A stretch of 64,000 bases of DNA from Promethearchaeota archaeon (lineage in GTDB: Archaea; Asgardarchaeota; Lokiarchaeia; Sigyniarchaeales; SOKP01): contig JBHLMQ010000010.1 of assembly GCA_048938005.1 (NCBI GenBank), positions 1 through 64,000 of the forward strand, read 5' to 3'. Both the position numbers and the translations under genes were made by a program. Below the pieces are notes generated by a model. It worked only from the letters and a program-made list of their open reading frames with translations. It had not been told where the DNA came from and did not search any database. This document shows positions 1-10,823 of this stretch, piece by piece. Numbering within the stretch: position 1 is the stretch's first letter; each line of letters starts with the position of its first letter.

Positions 1-306
1 CCAAAAGAATTTTTAGGAATCCTTAAAATGGATAAAAATGTGTTTACTGAATTTATATTACCCCCAGGAGCAATTACGTCCAGAAATACGGGAGTATTTT
101 TTCCAAGTAGAATCCCAATAAGTCGAGATTATCAGGGAACTATTCATTCACATCCATCTGGAACTTTATACCCTTCCCTACAAGATTTAAATAGTATATT
201 TAAGAGAAATAGATTTCATTTTATTGTAGGATTTCCCTATAGTTTAAATCATATTAAATGTTTTGATAAAAATGGCACAGAGCTTCAATTTAAATTGATT
301 AACTAA
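1..306 (+). CDS. JAMM/MPN+ (Mov34) metalloprotease, 5'-truncated by window edge
   Basis: Frame is open from base 1 (PKEFLGILKM...). It has the upstream Glu and the HSHPSGxxxPSxxD JAMM motif. Confidence 0.85.
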   Translation, partial: PKEFLGILKMDKNVFTEFILPPGAITSRNTGVFFPSRIPISRDYQGTIHSHPSGTLYPSLQDLNSIFKRNRFHFIVGFPYSLNHIKCFDKNGTELQFKLIN

Positions 307-396
307 TATATTATTACTTTTTCGAAATTAGAATAAAGTTAATAAATTTAAACTGAAAAGTTAGGATTTATAATAGTCCGAATAATAATTATAACT

Positions 397-1629
397 CTAC
401 ATCCTTTCTACAACTATTGAAATTATATTGTTTCCAAATCCACCAAAATTGCATGTAATCCCTGTTTTAGCACCTTCAACTTGTCTTTTACCAGCTTCCC
501 CTCTTAATTGCCATATTAATTCTACAACTTGAGCCACCCCTGTGGCACCAAGAGGATGTCCTCTGGCTTTCAATCCACCTGAAGGATTTATTGGAATTTT
601 TCCACCAATTTTAGTTAAACCTTCATGAGCTGCTTTAGCACCTTCTCCTTTTTTAAAGAAACCAATATCTTCTGACTGAACAGCCTCAAGAATTTCAAAG
701 GCATCATGTAATTCGGCTACATCAATATCCTCGGGGTCTTTTTTAGCCATTTTATATGCCTGGTCCGAACAGATTTTTAAAGCTTTAAGTGTTGTAATAT
801 TTTCACGTTCGAATATTATATGAGTATCAGTGGCTTGTCCAATACCAGAAATTAGAATAGGTGTGTCGCAATACTCCTTTGCTTTATCAGCATTACATAG
901 AACTAAAGCAGCGGCGCCATCAGAAATAGGACAAATATGAAAAAGTCTTAAAGGGTCTGCTATTATTGGATTCGCTTTATCATCCTTAAGGAAATCATAA
1001 ACATTATCCCAATTCCCATTACCTTTTTGGATGGCACTTTTCATAAAATCCTCAATTGTTTTTTGAAAATGTGCTTTTGGGTTTAAAGCTCCGTTTCGAT
1101 GGTTTTTAATCGCAATATCTGAAATCCATTCAAGATCAGCATCATATTTTTCAAGATACGCTCGAGTTAACAACCCTGCAAACGATGGAAGAGATACACC
1201 ATGGCGCCTTTCAGCTTGATGGTGTGTTAAAGTAGCCACATTTGAAGTAACATACCCAGGAGCTGTGATATGAGTCATTTTTTCCCCACCAACTACTAAA
1301 ACTAAATCACTTAAACCAGAAGCAATAGCTTGAAAACCAGCTTTAACAGCTGATCCACCACTCGCCGGTCCATTTTTAATGTGATCAGCAGCAGCAGGTA
1401 ATAAGCTTAACTTATCCACTAAAGCACTTGCAACACCAGAAAGTTGATTAAAAGCTCCAGGGCTCATTGCTCCAACATAGACAGAATCAAAATCCTTATC
1501 ACTTGTGTTTGATTCTTCAATAGCTTCTAAAGAGGCTTCACATAATAAATCCATTAATCCTTTATCTAGTAATCTTCCGAACTTTGTATGTCCAACTCCA
1601 ATAATAGCTACTTCATTCATAATAGTCAC
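397..1629 (-). CDS. Thiolase-superfamily protein (SCP2-type/archaeal), atypical active site
   Basis: AIIGVGHTKFG, ELHDAF and NPSGGLKARGHPLGATG motifs. The real start is probably ATG at 1620. Confidence 0.88.
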   Translation of the reverse strand: MTIMNEVAIIGVGHTKFGRLLDKGLMDLLCEASLEAIEESNTSDKDFDSVYVGAMSPGAFNQLSGVASALVDKLSLLPAAADHIKNGPASGGSAVKAGFQAIASGLSDLVLVVGGEKMTHITAPGYVTSNVATLTHHQAERRHGVSLPSFAGLLTRAYLEKYDADLEWISDIAIKNHRNGALNPKAHFQKTIEDFMKSAIQKGNGNWDNVYDFLKDDKANPIIADPLRLFHICPISDGAAALVLCNADKAKEYCDTPILISGIGQATDTHIIFERENITTLKALKICSDQAYKMAKKDPEDIDVAELHDAFEILEAVQSEDIGFFKKGEGAKAAHEGLTKIGGKIPINPSGGLKARGHPLGATGVAQVVELIWQLRGEAGKRQVEGAKTGITCNFGGFGNNIISIVVERM

Positions 1630-2042
1630 GTCTTTTTTATCAAGATTGTAAGAGAAATAATTCCAAATTTATGGGGAGAGAGAAAATTACAAAATTTTTA
1701 TTAGTTATTAATATTTTTCCTTATTTTAATTTTAAGAAGACAAATTTTTCATGAATCTATTCGAAAATAGTTTTCTTTGTTTTCTTCTTTAGTAGAATAA
1801 TACAATCTTTTTGATATATACAGATTTATTATTTCAAAGATTTCTTAAGTTAAAATTCAATTTTGTTAAAAGAAATTATCTTTAAATAGAAGAATTGTAA
1901 AACTAAAATTATAAAAAATTAAAATTAAGATACAGATATTTATCTATTAATAAATAATCCAATTATTATACAAATTTAATATTTAATGTATTTAATAAAT
2001 GTAAGAATATTATCCTAAAAAATAAAAATAGAGGCTTTATTA

Positions 2043-3092
2043 ATGGAAGTGGAAGATGAAAGATTTACGGAAGACAGAGGTTTATGGGAAGACTATAAAA
2101 TTCCATTAACTTATGATCAGGAGAGTATGCAAAAGTGGTTTAATGAAGAAAGAGGAGGAGTAAGAGGAGGAGCAGATGTTTTTTATCTTATGTTTGGTAT
2201 AACATACAATTGTCAACTTAAATGTCCACATTGTTGCGTAGGGAATTATGAAAATGAACCGCCTCGAGAACTTACAACTGATGAGATTAAGGATGTATTA
2301 GATCAATCCTCTAAAGCTTTTGTTGTTAACTTCTTTGGTGGCGAGCCAACCTTAAGAAAAGATTTAATGGAACTGATAAAGTACGCTTCAGATAGATCGG
2401 TATATGTGTTCTGTGATACAAATGGAATAAAAATTACGAAAGATTATGCAACACAATTAAGGAATAGCGGCTTAGAATTGCTTTATGTTAGCATCGATAG
2501 CCCAATTCCAGAAAAACACGATGAATTACGTGGAATGAAAGGATTATTTAATAAAGCTGTTCAAGGTATAAAAAATGCAATAGATACCCGACTTAAATGT
2601 GCATTATCTACATATATAACGAAAGAGAATTTAGCTAATGGTGAGTTTGAAAATGTGATCAAATTAGCAAAAGATCTAGGTGCAAATGGAGTAAGGTATT
2701 TATTGCCTACAGCAACCGGAAGATGGTTGCATAATCCTGAGGTAAAATTGACGTCTGAAGAAGAGAGGAAAGTTAGAAAAATTGTGGATTTTCCATATGT
2801 TTGTAGAGATTTCTATTTTCAAACTCAAACTTCAAGTCAATGCAGAGGATTGGCAGATAAGGTGTACTTTTATATTTCGCCTTATGGAGATGTCATGCCT
2901 TGTTGTTTTATGCCACTTACTTTTGGAAACGTCAGAGAAGAACCTCTGAAAACAATTTTAGATAGAATGTGGAACCATTCAATGTTTTCTGAAAGTTGGC
3001 TAAGAAAAGAATGCCCTATGTTAAATGAAGAATTTAGAAAAAAGTATATAGATATAATTCCTTCTGATACAAAATTACCATTTAAAATGTAA
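2043..3092 (+). CDS. Radical SAM protein with SPASM/twitch-type C-terminus
   Basis: CQLKCPHC motif, GGEP, C-terminal C...GDVMPC...GNV. Confidence 0.88.
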   Translation: MEVEDERFTEDRGLWEDYKIPLTYDQESMQKWFNEERGGVRGGADVFYLMFGITYNCQLKCPHCCVGNYENEPPRELTTDEIKDVLDQSSKAFVVNFFGGEPTLRKDLMELIKYASDRSVYVFCDTNGIKITKDYATQLRNSGLELLYVSIDSPIPEKHDELRGMKGLFNKAVQGIKNAIDTRLKCALSTYITKENLANGEFENVIKLAKDLGANGVRYLLPTATGRWLHNPEVKLTSEEERKVRKIVDFPYVCRDFYFQTQTSSQCRGLADKVYFYISPYGDVMPCCFMPLTFGNVREEPLKTILDRMWNHSMFSESWLRKECPMLNEEFRKKYIDIIPSDTKLPFKM

Positions 3093-3325
3093 TATTCATT
3101 TTTTTTGGCTTATATTGAATCGGTATGTTTTATTCGTTTTACATTTTTATCAAAGAGATTTTCATTTTTTTAGCATATGCTCTGGTATTTTCCCTAATTT
3201 ATGGATACCTATATAAATATCTCCAGCATAAATAATTAATAAATCTTAAAATTGTGATAGTTCCTATAATTATTAGAATATTAAATAAAACTAGATTTTT
3301 AAATAATTAATCGAATGATTTTTTT

Positions 3326-4447
3326 ATGTCTGTAATGGAAAAAATTGAACAAGCTGTTCCGCTTTTAAATAATTGGATAATAAATTGGAAAAATGAGGGG
3401 AAAAAAGTATTGGGATATTTTTGTTCTTATATTCCTGAAGAAATCATCTATGCTGCTGATATTCTGCCAATAAGAATGAGAGCAAGAGGATGTGCTGATA
3501 CACCAATGGGCGATGCTTATATGACCCCTACTACTTGTAGTTATACAAGATGTTGCCTTGAATTAGCAAATAGAAAAGAATATAACTTTCTTGATGGAAT
3601 TATTTCATGTAATTGCTGTGATCAAGTTCGTCGTCTTTATGATAATATAAGGTACAAGACTCCTTTTCCCTACCATTATATTATGGGAATTCCCGGATAT
3701 GTAAGTGATATAACCATTGATTGGTTCAAACATGAATTAGCTAGATTTAAGAAGAATTTAGAACATGAATTTGGCATTAATATAAGTCAAGAGAAACTCA
3801 AAGAGATAATCAAAACGTATAATAAATCTCGCAATCTCCTTAAAGAGTTATATATGCTCAGGAAACGAGATATCCCTCCTATTTCTGGAACTGAGATAAT
3901 GAATGTTTTATCAGCAGGGATATCTATTCCAAAAGAACAATTCAATGAGCTCTTAGAAATGCAACTTAAGCAGATTGATGAGAAAAAGGGCATCTCTGAT
4001 TATAAAGCGAGAATAATGTTAGTTGGGAGTATGTTAGATGAACCAGAGTATATAGAGATTATAGAAAATCTTGGTGGAGCAATTGTAATAGATTCTTTAT
4101 GTTTGGGAACTAGATATTTTTGGGATTTAGTTGATGAAACAGTAGATCCTATGGAAGCGCTCGCAAAACGTTATTTGTCAAAAATCTCATGTCCACGTAT
4201 GACTGATGGATATTTAAAAAGAGCGCAATTTATGATGGATCTGATTAAAGAATATAATGTTGATGGAGTTATTTTTCAAAGAATGAAGTTTTGTGCTTTA
4301 TGGTGGGCTGAAATTTTTATGCTTCGAAATAAATTAAAGGAAGAGGGTATTCCCTTTCTCGATCTAGAGAGAGAATATGTATTAAGCGGTGCTGGAGCTA
4401 TGAAAACTCGTGTTCAAACCTTTATGGAAATATTAGAGGCAAGGTGA
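3326..4447 (+). CDS. 2-hydroxyacyl-CoA dehydratase subunit (HgdB/FldC/BcrC family)
   Basis: GYFCSYIPEEII, CDQVRR, DGVIFQRMKFC and KTRVQTFME motifs. Operon with a partner subunit and an activator. Confidence 0.85.
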   Translation: MSVMEKIEQAVPLLNNWIINWKNEGKKVLGYFCSYIPEEIIYAADILPIRMRARGCADTPMGDAYMTPTTCSYTRCCLELANRKEYNFLDGIISCNCCDQVRRLYDNIRYKTPFPYHYIMGIPGYVSDITIDWFKHELARFKKNLEHEFGINISQEKLKEIIKTYNKSRNLLKELYMLRKRDIPPISGTEIMNVLSAGISIPKEQFNELLEMQLKQIDEKKGISDYKARIMLVGSMLDEPEYIEIIENLGGAIVIDSLCLGTRYFWDLVDETVDPMEALAKRYLSKISCPRMTDGYLKRAQFMMDLIKEYNVDGVIFQRMKFCALWWAEIFMLRNKLKEEGIPFLDLEREYVLSGAGAMKTRVQTFMEILEAR

Positions 4448-5769
4448 AAAAATTGGATGGAGAATTATATCTAAAATATAGAAAACTAGGTAGAGGAGAT
4501 TGGGGTCAAGATCTCACTATATGGAAAGCTATGTACATGAGATTTTTAAAGCAAATGAAAGATGAAGAATTTACGGCAATTTCAGAATTATTATTAAATA
4601 TTTTCCTTGATCTTGTTAAGGCAAGAAAGGAAGGAAGAGCTATTATTATGCATCCATTTAATTATGGTCCCGAAATATTTCATGCAATGAATTTGTCACC
4701 TCTAATGCAAGAGTTATTCAGTGTTGGTTTAGCTCCTTTCCACTTTAATGAGCCTTATATTGATTTCACTAATAAATTGGGATTTGGAGACAATCCAACG
4801 CTTTGCAATGCACAAAGGCCTTTAATTGGTTCTTATATTCAAGGAGTGGCGCCTGTTCCAGATTATTTATTCTTTCTATCAACGCCATGTAATTCCCTCG
4901 CAATGACTTATCAAGTGTTTGAGCAATTAGCTAAAATTCCTGCTTTTAATTTGGATGTCCCATATTGGGCTTATGATAAAGCCAACGAGTTTTATGATGA
5001 TAAAACCATTGAGTATATGATAAACCAAATAAAAGATTTAATATTATCGTTAGAAAAAGAAACAAAGCAGAAATTAAATATTGAAAACCTTCAACAAACA
5101 ATGAAAAAAGTGAATGAATCAAGAGATTATATATTAGAGTTTAATGAGCTTCTAAAAAATGTTCCTTGTCCTGTTCCTAGTCAAGCAGGTTTTGGAAATT
5201 TTATAGCTATGGTAACTCGTGGAGGAACTGATGATGCTATTAAAGTAACCAAATGGTTACGTGATACAGCAGCAGAAAATGTTAAAAATGGTGTAGCAGG
5301 TGTGCTTGACGAAAAGATTAGAATTGCTTGGCCTTATACTCATGTTTTTTTTGACCAAGATTTATTAACATGGTTAGAAGAGACATTCAAAGCAGTAGCT
5401 ATAATGGATATACTAGGTTTTTATCAAGTTTTACCTCATGATATCTCTACAATTGAGAAATGTTTTCAAAGTTTAGCTATAGGTACCTTAGATTTTTCTA
5501 TGGTAGGAACTTGTCGTGGTCCTATTGAATATTATATAGAATTTCTGTTAAATTATGTTAAAGATTATAAAATAGATTGTGTGATCATGCCAATGCAATT
5601 TGCATGTAAACATGCTTACGCAATGGCTAGAGTTACTTCAGAAGTGGTACGTGAGGAAACAGGGATTCCAACGCTAATTTTTGGATGTGATCCATATGAT
5701 TCGCGAGAAGTAACGTCAGAAACAATAAGAATGAGGATTTCAGATTTTCTTACTCAAGTAGTTTTATAG
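4444..5769 (+). CDS. 2-hydroxyacyl-CoA dehydratase subunit (HgdA/FldB family)
   Basis: Conserved Cys in LCN, TPCN and FACK. GTGA start/stop overlap with the upstream gene. Confidence 0.8.
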   Translation: MKKLDGELYLKYRKLGRGDWGQDLTIWKAMYMRFLKQMKDEEFTAISELLLNIFLDLVKARKEGRAIIMHPFNYGPEIFHAMNLSPLMQELFSVGLAPFHFNEPYIDFTNKLGFGDNPTLCNAQRPLIGSYIQGVAPVPDYLFFLSTPCNSLAMTYQVFEQLAKIPAFNLDVPYWAYDKANEFYDDKTIEYMINQIKDLILSLEKETKQKLNIENLQQTMKKVNESRDYILEFNELLKNVPCPVPSQAGFGNFIAMVTRGGTDDAIKVTKWLRDTAAENVKNGVAGVLDEKIRIAWPYTHVFFDQDLLTWLEETFKAVAIMDILGFYQVLPHDISTIEKCFQSLAIGTLDFSMVGTCRGPIEYYIEFLLNYVKDYKIDCVIMPMQFACKHAYAMARVTSEVVREETGIPTLIFGCDPYDSREVTSETIRMRISDFLTQVVL

Positions 5770-5785
5770 AGGAGGTTTATAAAAA

Positions 5786-6568
5786 ATGATAGTAGCAGGA
5801 TGTGATGTTGGTTCTCTAACTGGTAAAGCTGTTATTTTAAAGGATGGTGAAATTTTATCCTATAGTATTGTACCAACAACTCCTAAACCAGAAAGAACTG
5901 CTCGAAATGCTATGAACGAGGTACTTAAAAAAGAGAATTTAACTTTAGATAATATCGAATATATTGTAGGAACTGGATATGGGAGAGTAAAAATCCCATT
6001 TGCGAATTCCGAAATATCTGAATTAACTTGTCATGGAAAAGGAGCTTATTCCTTTATACCATCAATTAGAACGATAATTGATGTTGGTGGGCAAGATTGT
6101 AAGGTAATAAAAGTAGATAAGAACGGAAAAATCCTTGATTTTGCGATGAATGATAAATGTGCGGCAGGAACAGGCAGATTTCTTGAAGTAATGGCTAGAA
6201 CTCTTGAATTAAAGCTTGAAGATCTCGGTCCAATATCTTTACAATCGAAAAGCCAGGCTAAAATCACAGCCCAATGTAGCGTTTTTGCGGAAACAGAAGT
6301 TGTAAGTCTTATGGCAGATGGAGTAGAGGTTGCTGATATAGTTGCTGGATTACATGATGCTATCGCCTCTAGAATAATGTCTCTAGTATATAGAGTTGGT
6401 CTTGAAGAAGATTTAACTATTACAGGTGGAGTCGCTAAAAACATAGGAGTTGTCACTTATTTAGAGAAAAGAATGGGTGTACATACAAAAAAACTACCTG
6501 TAGATCCACAAATTATAGGAGCATTAGGAGCTGCTATAATTGCAAGAGAGAAAGTAGAAAATCAATGA
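5786..6568 (+). CDS. Acyl-CoA dehydratase activase (HgdC/BadF-BadG-BcrA-BcrD ATPase)
   Basis: GCDVGSLTGK, TGYGR, DVGGQD and MNDKCAAGTGRFLE motifs. GGAGG SD upstream. Confidence 0.93.
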   Translation: MIVAGCDVGSLTGKAVILKDGEILSYSIVPTTPKPERTARNAMNEVLKKENLTLDNIEYIVGTGYGRVKIPFANSEISELTCHGKGAYSFIPSIRTIIDVGGQDCKVIKVDKNGKILDFAMNDKCAAGTGRFLEVMARTLELKLEDLGPISLQSKSQAKITAQCSVFAETEVVSLMADGVEVADIVAGLHDAIASRIMSLVYRVGLEEDLTITGGVAKNIGVVTYLEKRMGVHTKKLPVDPQIIGALGAAIIAREKVENQ

Positions 6569-6618
6569 AAGAATACCTTTTATTTTTACTTAATTTTTTT
6601 AAAATATAAAAAAAAAGT

Positions 6619-7872
6619 CTAAATTGTTTTCTTTATTAACTCAGAAAGATCTAAAGCTTGAATTTCTTTATTTTCAATATTATTTTTGAATTGATTTAAA
6701 CAAAAGGGACAGCATGATATAATTGCTTCGGCTTTTGTTTCTTTTGCTTCTTTTATACGTTCTTTTGCTGCAAAAGTAGATAATTCTTTAAATGCTGATC
6801 TAACACCCCCTCCAGAACCACAACACCACGCGTTGTGTCTATTTCGTGTCATCTCTATTAATTCAATACCAGGTATTTTTTCTAATACTTCTCTAGGTGC
6901 TTTATAAATTCCCATATGGCGTCCAATATGACATGGATCGTGATATGTTATTTTCATATTCAACTCTTTGTTAAAATGCAATTCACCATTTTTTAATTTA
7001 CTTCGCAAAAATTCAGGTAAATGCTTAACTTCTATTCCATGAACTAATCCGAATTTATTGGGATAAGTATCTTTCCAAGTTCGATAACATCCCGCACAAG
7101 ATGTTATAATATTTTCGATTCCATTATCCTTAAAATAGTTAATATTTTTTTCGGCTAAAATTTTAGCTTTTTCTACTTGACCTGTCATATAAACTGGTGA
7201 TCCACAACAACCTTCATCTGTAAGAATTTTGAAATCAACATTTAAGGCATTTAATATTTCTGCTGTAGCAATAGCAACATTTTTTTCTCTGTAACTTGAC
7301 GTGCAACCAACAAAGTATGCTAAGTTTGCATCAGGAGATTCTTTAATATGGGTCGGTAGCCATTTCAATCGATCTTCATGTTTTTCCATATATGGATTTT
7401 TTTCTATCATAGTATGTTCAGTATATCGAATTTGCTCAGGCATAGGGCCATAACCCATATTGACAGCTTCTTCTCTCATAGCCATTAACCATTCACCAGC
7501 AAAACTATGGATCTCTGGAATCTGACATTGTTGAATGCACGCCATGCAAACCGAACATTGATAAAAAACTTCAGCGACTTCTTTGGACCAATTTAATTTT
7601 CCAGAGGTTAATGCCCATGCTAAAAGATTTTTTCCACCAAGATAATATGATTCAAACTTGCCAAATTCTCCAGAAGGACAAACACGAGACCAATAAGCAT
7701 CTTTATATACAGTTCTGCAAGTACCACACTTTCCACACTGATAGAATACATCTTTATAATGTTCTAAATTCTGGTATCTTTTAAGATCATGAATTTCATA
7801 TGCCAATCTTGCTTGAGATATTCCCTGTCCGCTAATATATTTCATTCTTTTCTCTCTTTTCTTCTTAGCCAT
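6619..7872 (-). CDS. Fe-S oxidoreductase, HdrD/GlpC-like (CCG domains)
   Basis: CGKCGTC and CSVCMACIQQC ferredoxin motifs, two CCG domains (CCGSP; YHDPCH...CCGSGGG). Confidence 0.88.
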   Translation of the reverse strand: MAKKKREKRMKYISGQGISQARLAYEIHDLKRYQNLEHYKDVFYQCGKCGTCRTVYKDAYWSRVCPSGEFGKFESYYLGGKNLLAWALTSGKLNWSKEVAEVFYQCSVCMACIQQCQIPEIHSFAGEWLMAMREEAVNMGYGPMPEQIRYTEHTMIEKNPYMEKHEDRLKWLPTHIKESPDANLAYFVGCTSSYREKNVAIATAEILNALNVDFKILTDEGCCGSPVYMTGQVEKAKILAEKNINYFKDNGIENIITSCAGCYRTWKDTYPNKFGLVHGIEVKHLPEFLRSKLKNGELHFNKELNMKITYHDPCHIGRHMGIYKAPREVLEKIPGIELIEMTRNRHNAWCCGSGGGVRSAFKELSTFAAKERIKEAKETKAEAIISCCPFCLNQFKNNIENKEIQALDLSELIKKTI

Positions 7873-7873
7873 A

Positions 7874-9301
7874 TTAATCTTCTCCGATCCCTTGTCCTGG
7901 ATTCATAATATTATTCGGATCAAGAATTTTTTTAATCTTATTAATAAGTTCGGTAGTTGAAGGTAAGGTTTTATCTTTATAGTATTTTACAGCCCAAAGT
8001 GGGGGTTTATACATTACAACACCATCCAACTTTTGAACTTCAGCGTGAATTTCTGTTAAAATTTTTCTGGCAGTTGTTATATCTTCAGGATCATTTTTGT
8101 TGAAATTTACATTACTCCTTGCAACCACATAATGACCACCAAACAATATTCGGCTGTAAAACTGAGGTGGCTTTCCATATTTAAGACATATTTTTCTAGA
8201 GATATTATAATATTTTACTACATCTCGAGTAGAACAATAAGTACCAATCCATTGCCCGCCACCTCCTCTTGTAAAATTCCAAAAATTCCAGTATTGTACT
8301 GGAGGAGGTGTTACTGCTTCTACACCTTCTGAAGCAGATAATAATCTTATTTTCCCTTCTTTGCAGATATTTTTAATAGCTTCACACTGTGCTTCATGTT
8401 GTTTTTCAGTATAAGCTTGGGTTGTTATAAGTGATATAAAATCAGGCATGTTTTCTTTAACTGCGTCCATAACTGCATCTTTTTCATATAATTCTTGAAT
8501 TGATTGACCCCAACCAAAATTTACACATAAGATATCACAAATTCCTAATCCTGCTTTCGAAAGTTTGAGTAGAGTGGGATATGAGTCATCAACAGTTAAA
8601 CCAATTCCAGTATAATCTTCCCTGAAAGGCAATTTTGGCCATAATTTTATGGATGCCTTGGTTACTATGCCAGTAGTGCCTTCCCATCCGATAAAAAGTC
8701 CTGCTAAATCTGGTAAAGGTTGTCTTCCATACCAATAATTAGAAAGGCTACAAGAACCAACTTTCACTAAATCGCCTGACCCGAGCACAACTTCCAAACC
8801 GTTTATAAACTCAGCACCAGAACCACCAATCATACCAAGATCAAACATACCATAGCATAAGCATGAAGGGATGACACCTGTTCCTGGAGGTGACCATGTT
8901 ATTCCCGCTCTGAGATCTGGATGATTCTTTTCCAGATATCCCTGCAAATCTGCCCATGTTATTCCACCTTCAACAACCGCATACATATCATCTTCATTCA
9001 CTTCAAGTACCCTATTTAACCTTCTCAAATCGACTACAATTCCTCCTCTTCTTGGGGTTGCTATAGAGCCAAAATTTATCCCAGAAACCCATGGTACAAG
9101 TGGAATTTTATATCTATTTGCAATCTTGACAATTTCTTGCAATTCTTCAGCAGAACCAGGAATGATTACAATATCACATTTCCCTTCTGGTTCAGCTGTA
9201 ATAAAATCATAATGATATAGATATTTTATTTCAGGTCGATCTGAAACATATCTCTCTCCAATTGCACTTTTCAATTCTGAGATAAGCTTACTATTGTTCA
9301 A
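7874..9301 (-). CDS. FAD-binding oxidoreductase (GlcD/D-2-hydroxyacid dehydrogenase, VAO/PCMH family)
   Basis: PGSAEELQEIVK, GLEVVLGSG, GWEGTTGIVT and C-terminal KKILDPNNIMNPG. Confidence 0.85.
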   Translation of the reverse strand: MNNSKLISELKSAIGERYVSDRPEIKYLYHYDFITAEPEGKCDIVIIPGSAEELQEIVKIANRYKIPLVPWVSGINFGSIATPRRGGIVVDLRRLNRVLEVNEDDMYAVVEGGITWADLQGYLEKNHPDLRAGITWSPPGTGVIPSCLCYGMFDLGMIGGSGAEFINGLEVVLGSGDLVKVGSCSLSNYWYGRQPLPDLAGLFIGWEGTTGIVTKASIKLWPKLPFREDYTGIGLTVDDSYPTLLKLSKAGLGICDILCVNFGWGQSIQELYEKDAVMDAVKENMPDFISLITTQAYTEKQHEAQCEAIKNICKEGKIRLLSASEGVEAVTPPPVQYWNFWNFTRGGGGQWIGTYCSTRDVVKYYNISRKICLKYGKPPQFYSRILFGGHYVVARSNVNFNKNDPEDITTARKILTEIHAEVQKLDGVVMYKPPLWAVKYYKDKTLPSTTELINKIKKILDPNNIMNPGQGIGED

Positions 9302-9385
9302 CTTTTAATCAACCTTTGTCTAGAAAGAGTTTAGTAGAGATTAATTATATAGATTGAAATAAAAAGGATTCGTAAATTAAAGTTC

Positions 9386-10732
9386 CTATTTAGGATGTTC
9401 ATTTCTTATAATTGTTGCTGCACCCATCCCTAAACCTACACACATACTGCTAATTGCGTATTCTTTTCCCGACTGCTCTAATTGATGCAAATTAGAACCT
9501 ATTAATCTACATCCTGTCATGCCAGTAGGATGTCCTAATGCTATTGCTCCACCCCATGCATTAAACCGAGGATCTTTCCAATCTAAACCTAATTCATAAC
9601 AAGATGCATAAACAACTGGGCTAAACGCTTCATTAATTTCGATAAAAGCCATATCATCTAAAGTCATATTAGCTCTACTTAAAGCCTCGGGAATTGATTC
9701 AATTGGTCCTGTAAGCATCAAGATGGGATCAGTACCGACCACAGCAAAATTTATAATTGTTGCTCTTGGTTTAAGTCCTAAATCTTCAGCTAAAGCTCGC
9801 GTCATCCATAATTGCGCAGCAGCGCCATCACTAACTGGACAACTATTTCCAGCTGTCAAAAATGCTTGACTTTTTCTCCCAATAATTGTTCTTAAAGTTG
9901 CTAATTTATCCATCGACGTTTGAGGACGGGGTGTTTCATCTCTTTCTGTCAACTCTGATAAACTTGGATCTTCAGCCACTTGATTATGTTCATCTAATTG
10001 AGGTTTTCCATTCTCATCAAGCTTTGGACACCAAATTGGCTCGATTTCTTTGCCTCTCTCATCCCATGTGGAACACGCTTTTTGATGGGAATGCAAAGAT
10101 AAACTGTCCATTTCAATTCTAAAATCTTCCAAGCTTTTTCCTGCTTTTTTCATCCAATGTTGTCCCATAACATGAGCAGAATTGATTTGTCCAGCAAAGG
10201 ATGTTTTGTGAGCTTTTAATTGCTCAGCAACAAAAGGGTGTGTCATAATTTTTCCATTAGGTGCAATCATAACTGGCTTATTCAGTTCTTTATCAAAAAT
10301 ATAACAATCAGCCATAATTTCATATCGATTCTGAACCTCCACACCCCCGCAAATGACACAATCATGTATTCCTGAAGCAATAGCTTGCCAAGCGGATAAT
10401 GCTGCCTGAGCACCACTCGCACATTGGCGATTTATAGACATTCCTGGTACACTTACAGGTAAATGGGCTGCTAAAGCTACAGTTCGTCCAATATCAAGAG
10501 CACAATCACCAATTTGACTATTACAAGATACAATTGAATCTCCAATTATTTTTGGATCAAATTCATTTCTTTTTAAGATGGTTCGATAGCAATGTACTAC
10601 TAAATCATCTCCACGATGGCGTCCTACAGTTCCTCTTCTCTTACCTATGGGAGTTCTTACATGATCCACTAATACAGGTTCTCGTTTTGGATCCTTAAAA
10701 TATTTTTCATACATACTTACTGGTTCTACCAT
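9386..10732 (-). CDS. Acetyl-CoA C-acyltransferase (thiolase)
   Basis: INRQCASG, NEAF, GGAIALGHP and MCVGLGMG: all catalytic motifs are intact. Confidence 0.92.
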   Translation of the reverse strand: MVEPVSMYEKYFKDPKREPVLVDHVRTPIGKRRGTVGRHRGDDLVVHCYRTILKRNEFDPKIIGDSIVSCNSQIGDCALDIGRTVALAAHLPVSVPGMSINRQCASGAQAALSAWQAIASGIHDCVICGGVEVQNRYEIMADCYIFDKELNKPVMIAPNGKIMTHPFVAEQLKAHKTSFAGQINSAHVMGQHWMKKAGKSLEDFRIEMDSLSLHSHQKACSTWDERGKEIEPIWCPKLDENGKPQLDEHNQVAEDPSLSELTERDETPRPQTSMDKLATLRTIIGRKSQAFLTAGNSCPVSDGAAAQLWMTRALAEDLGLKPRATIINFAVVGTDPILMLTGPIESIPEALSRANMTLDDMAFIEINEAFSPVVYASCYELGLDWKDPRFNAWGGAIALGHPTGMTGCRLIGSNLHQLEQSGKEYAISSMCVGLGMGAATIIRNEHPK

Positions 10733-10795
10733 AAATTTTCACTTTTACTGTTAGTTTATAAAACCAAATGTAATTTTGCTAATTAACTTTATTTA

Positions 10796-10823
10796 TAATT
10801 CTACAAGTATATATGTAGAATTA
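10796..10823. promoter_or_regulatory. Perfect 10-bp inverted repeat in a divergent promoter (candidate operator)
   Basis: TAATTCTACA-N8-TGTAGAATTA between the thiolase operon and the radical SAM gene. Confidence 0.5.

Noticed and set aside
3093-3325. Possible small ORF or gene remnant on the minus strand of this intergenic region
   Set aside because: Only short open stretches, with no convincing start or recognisable motif.
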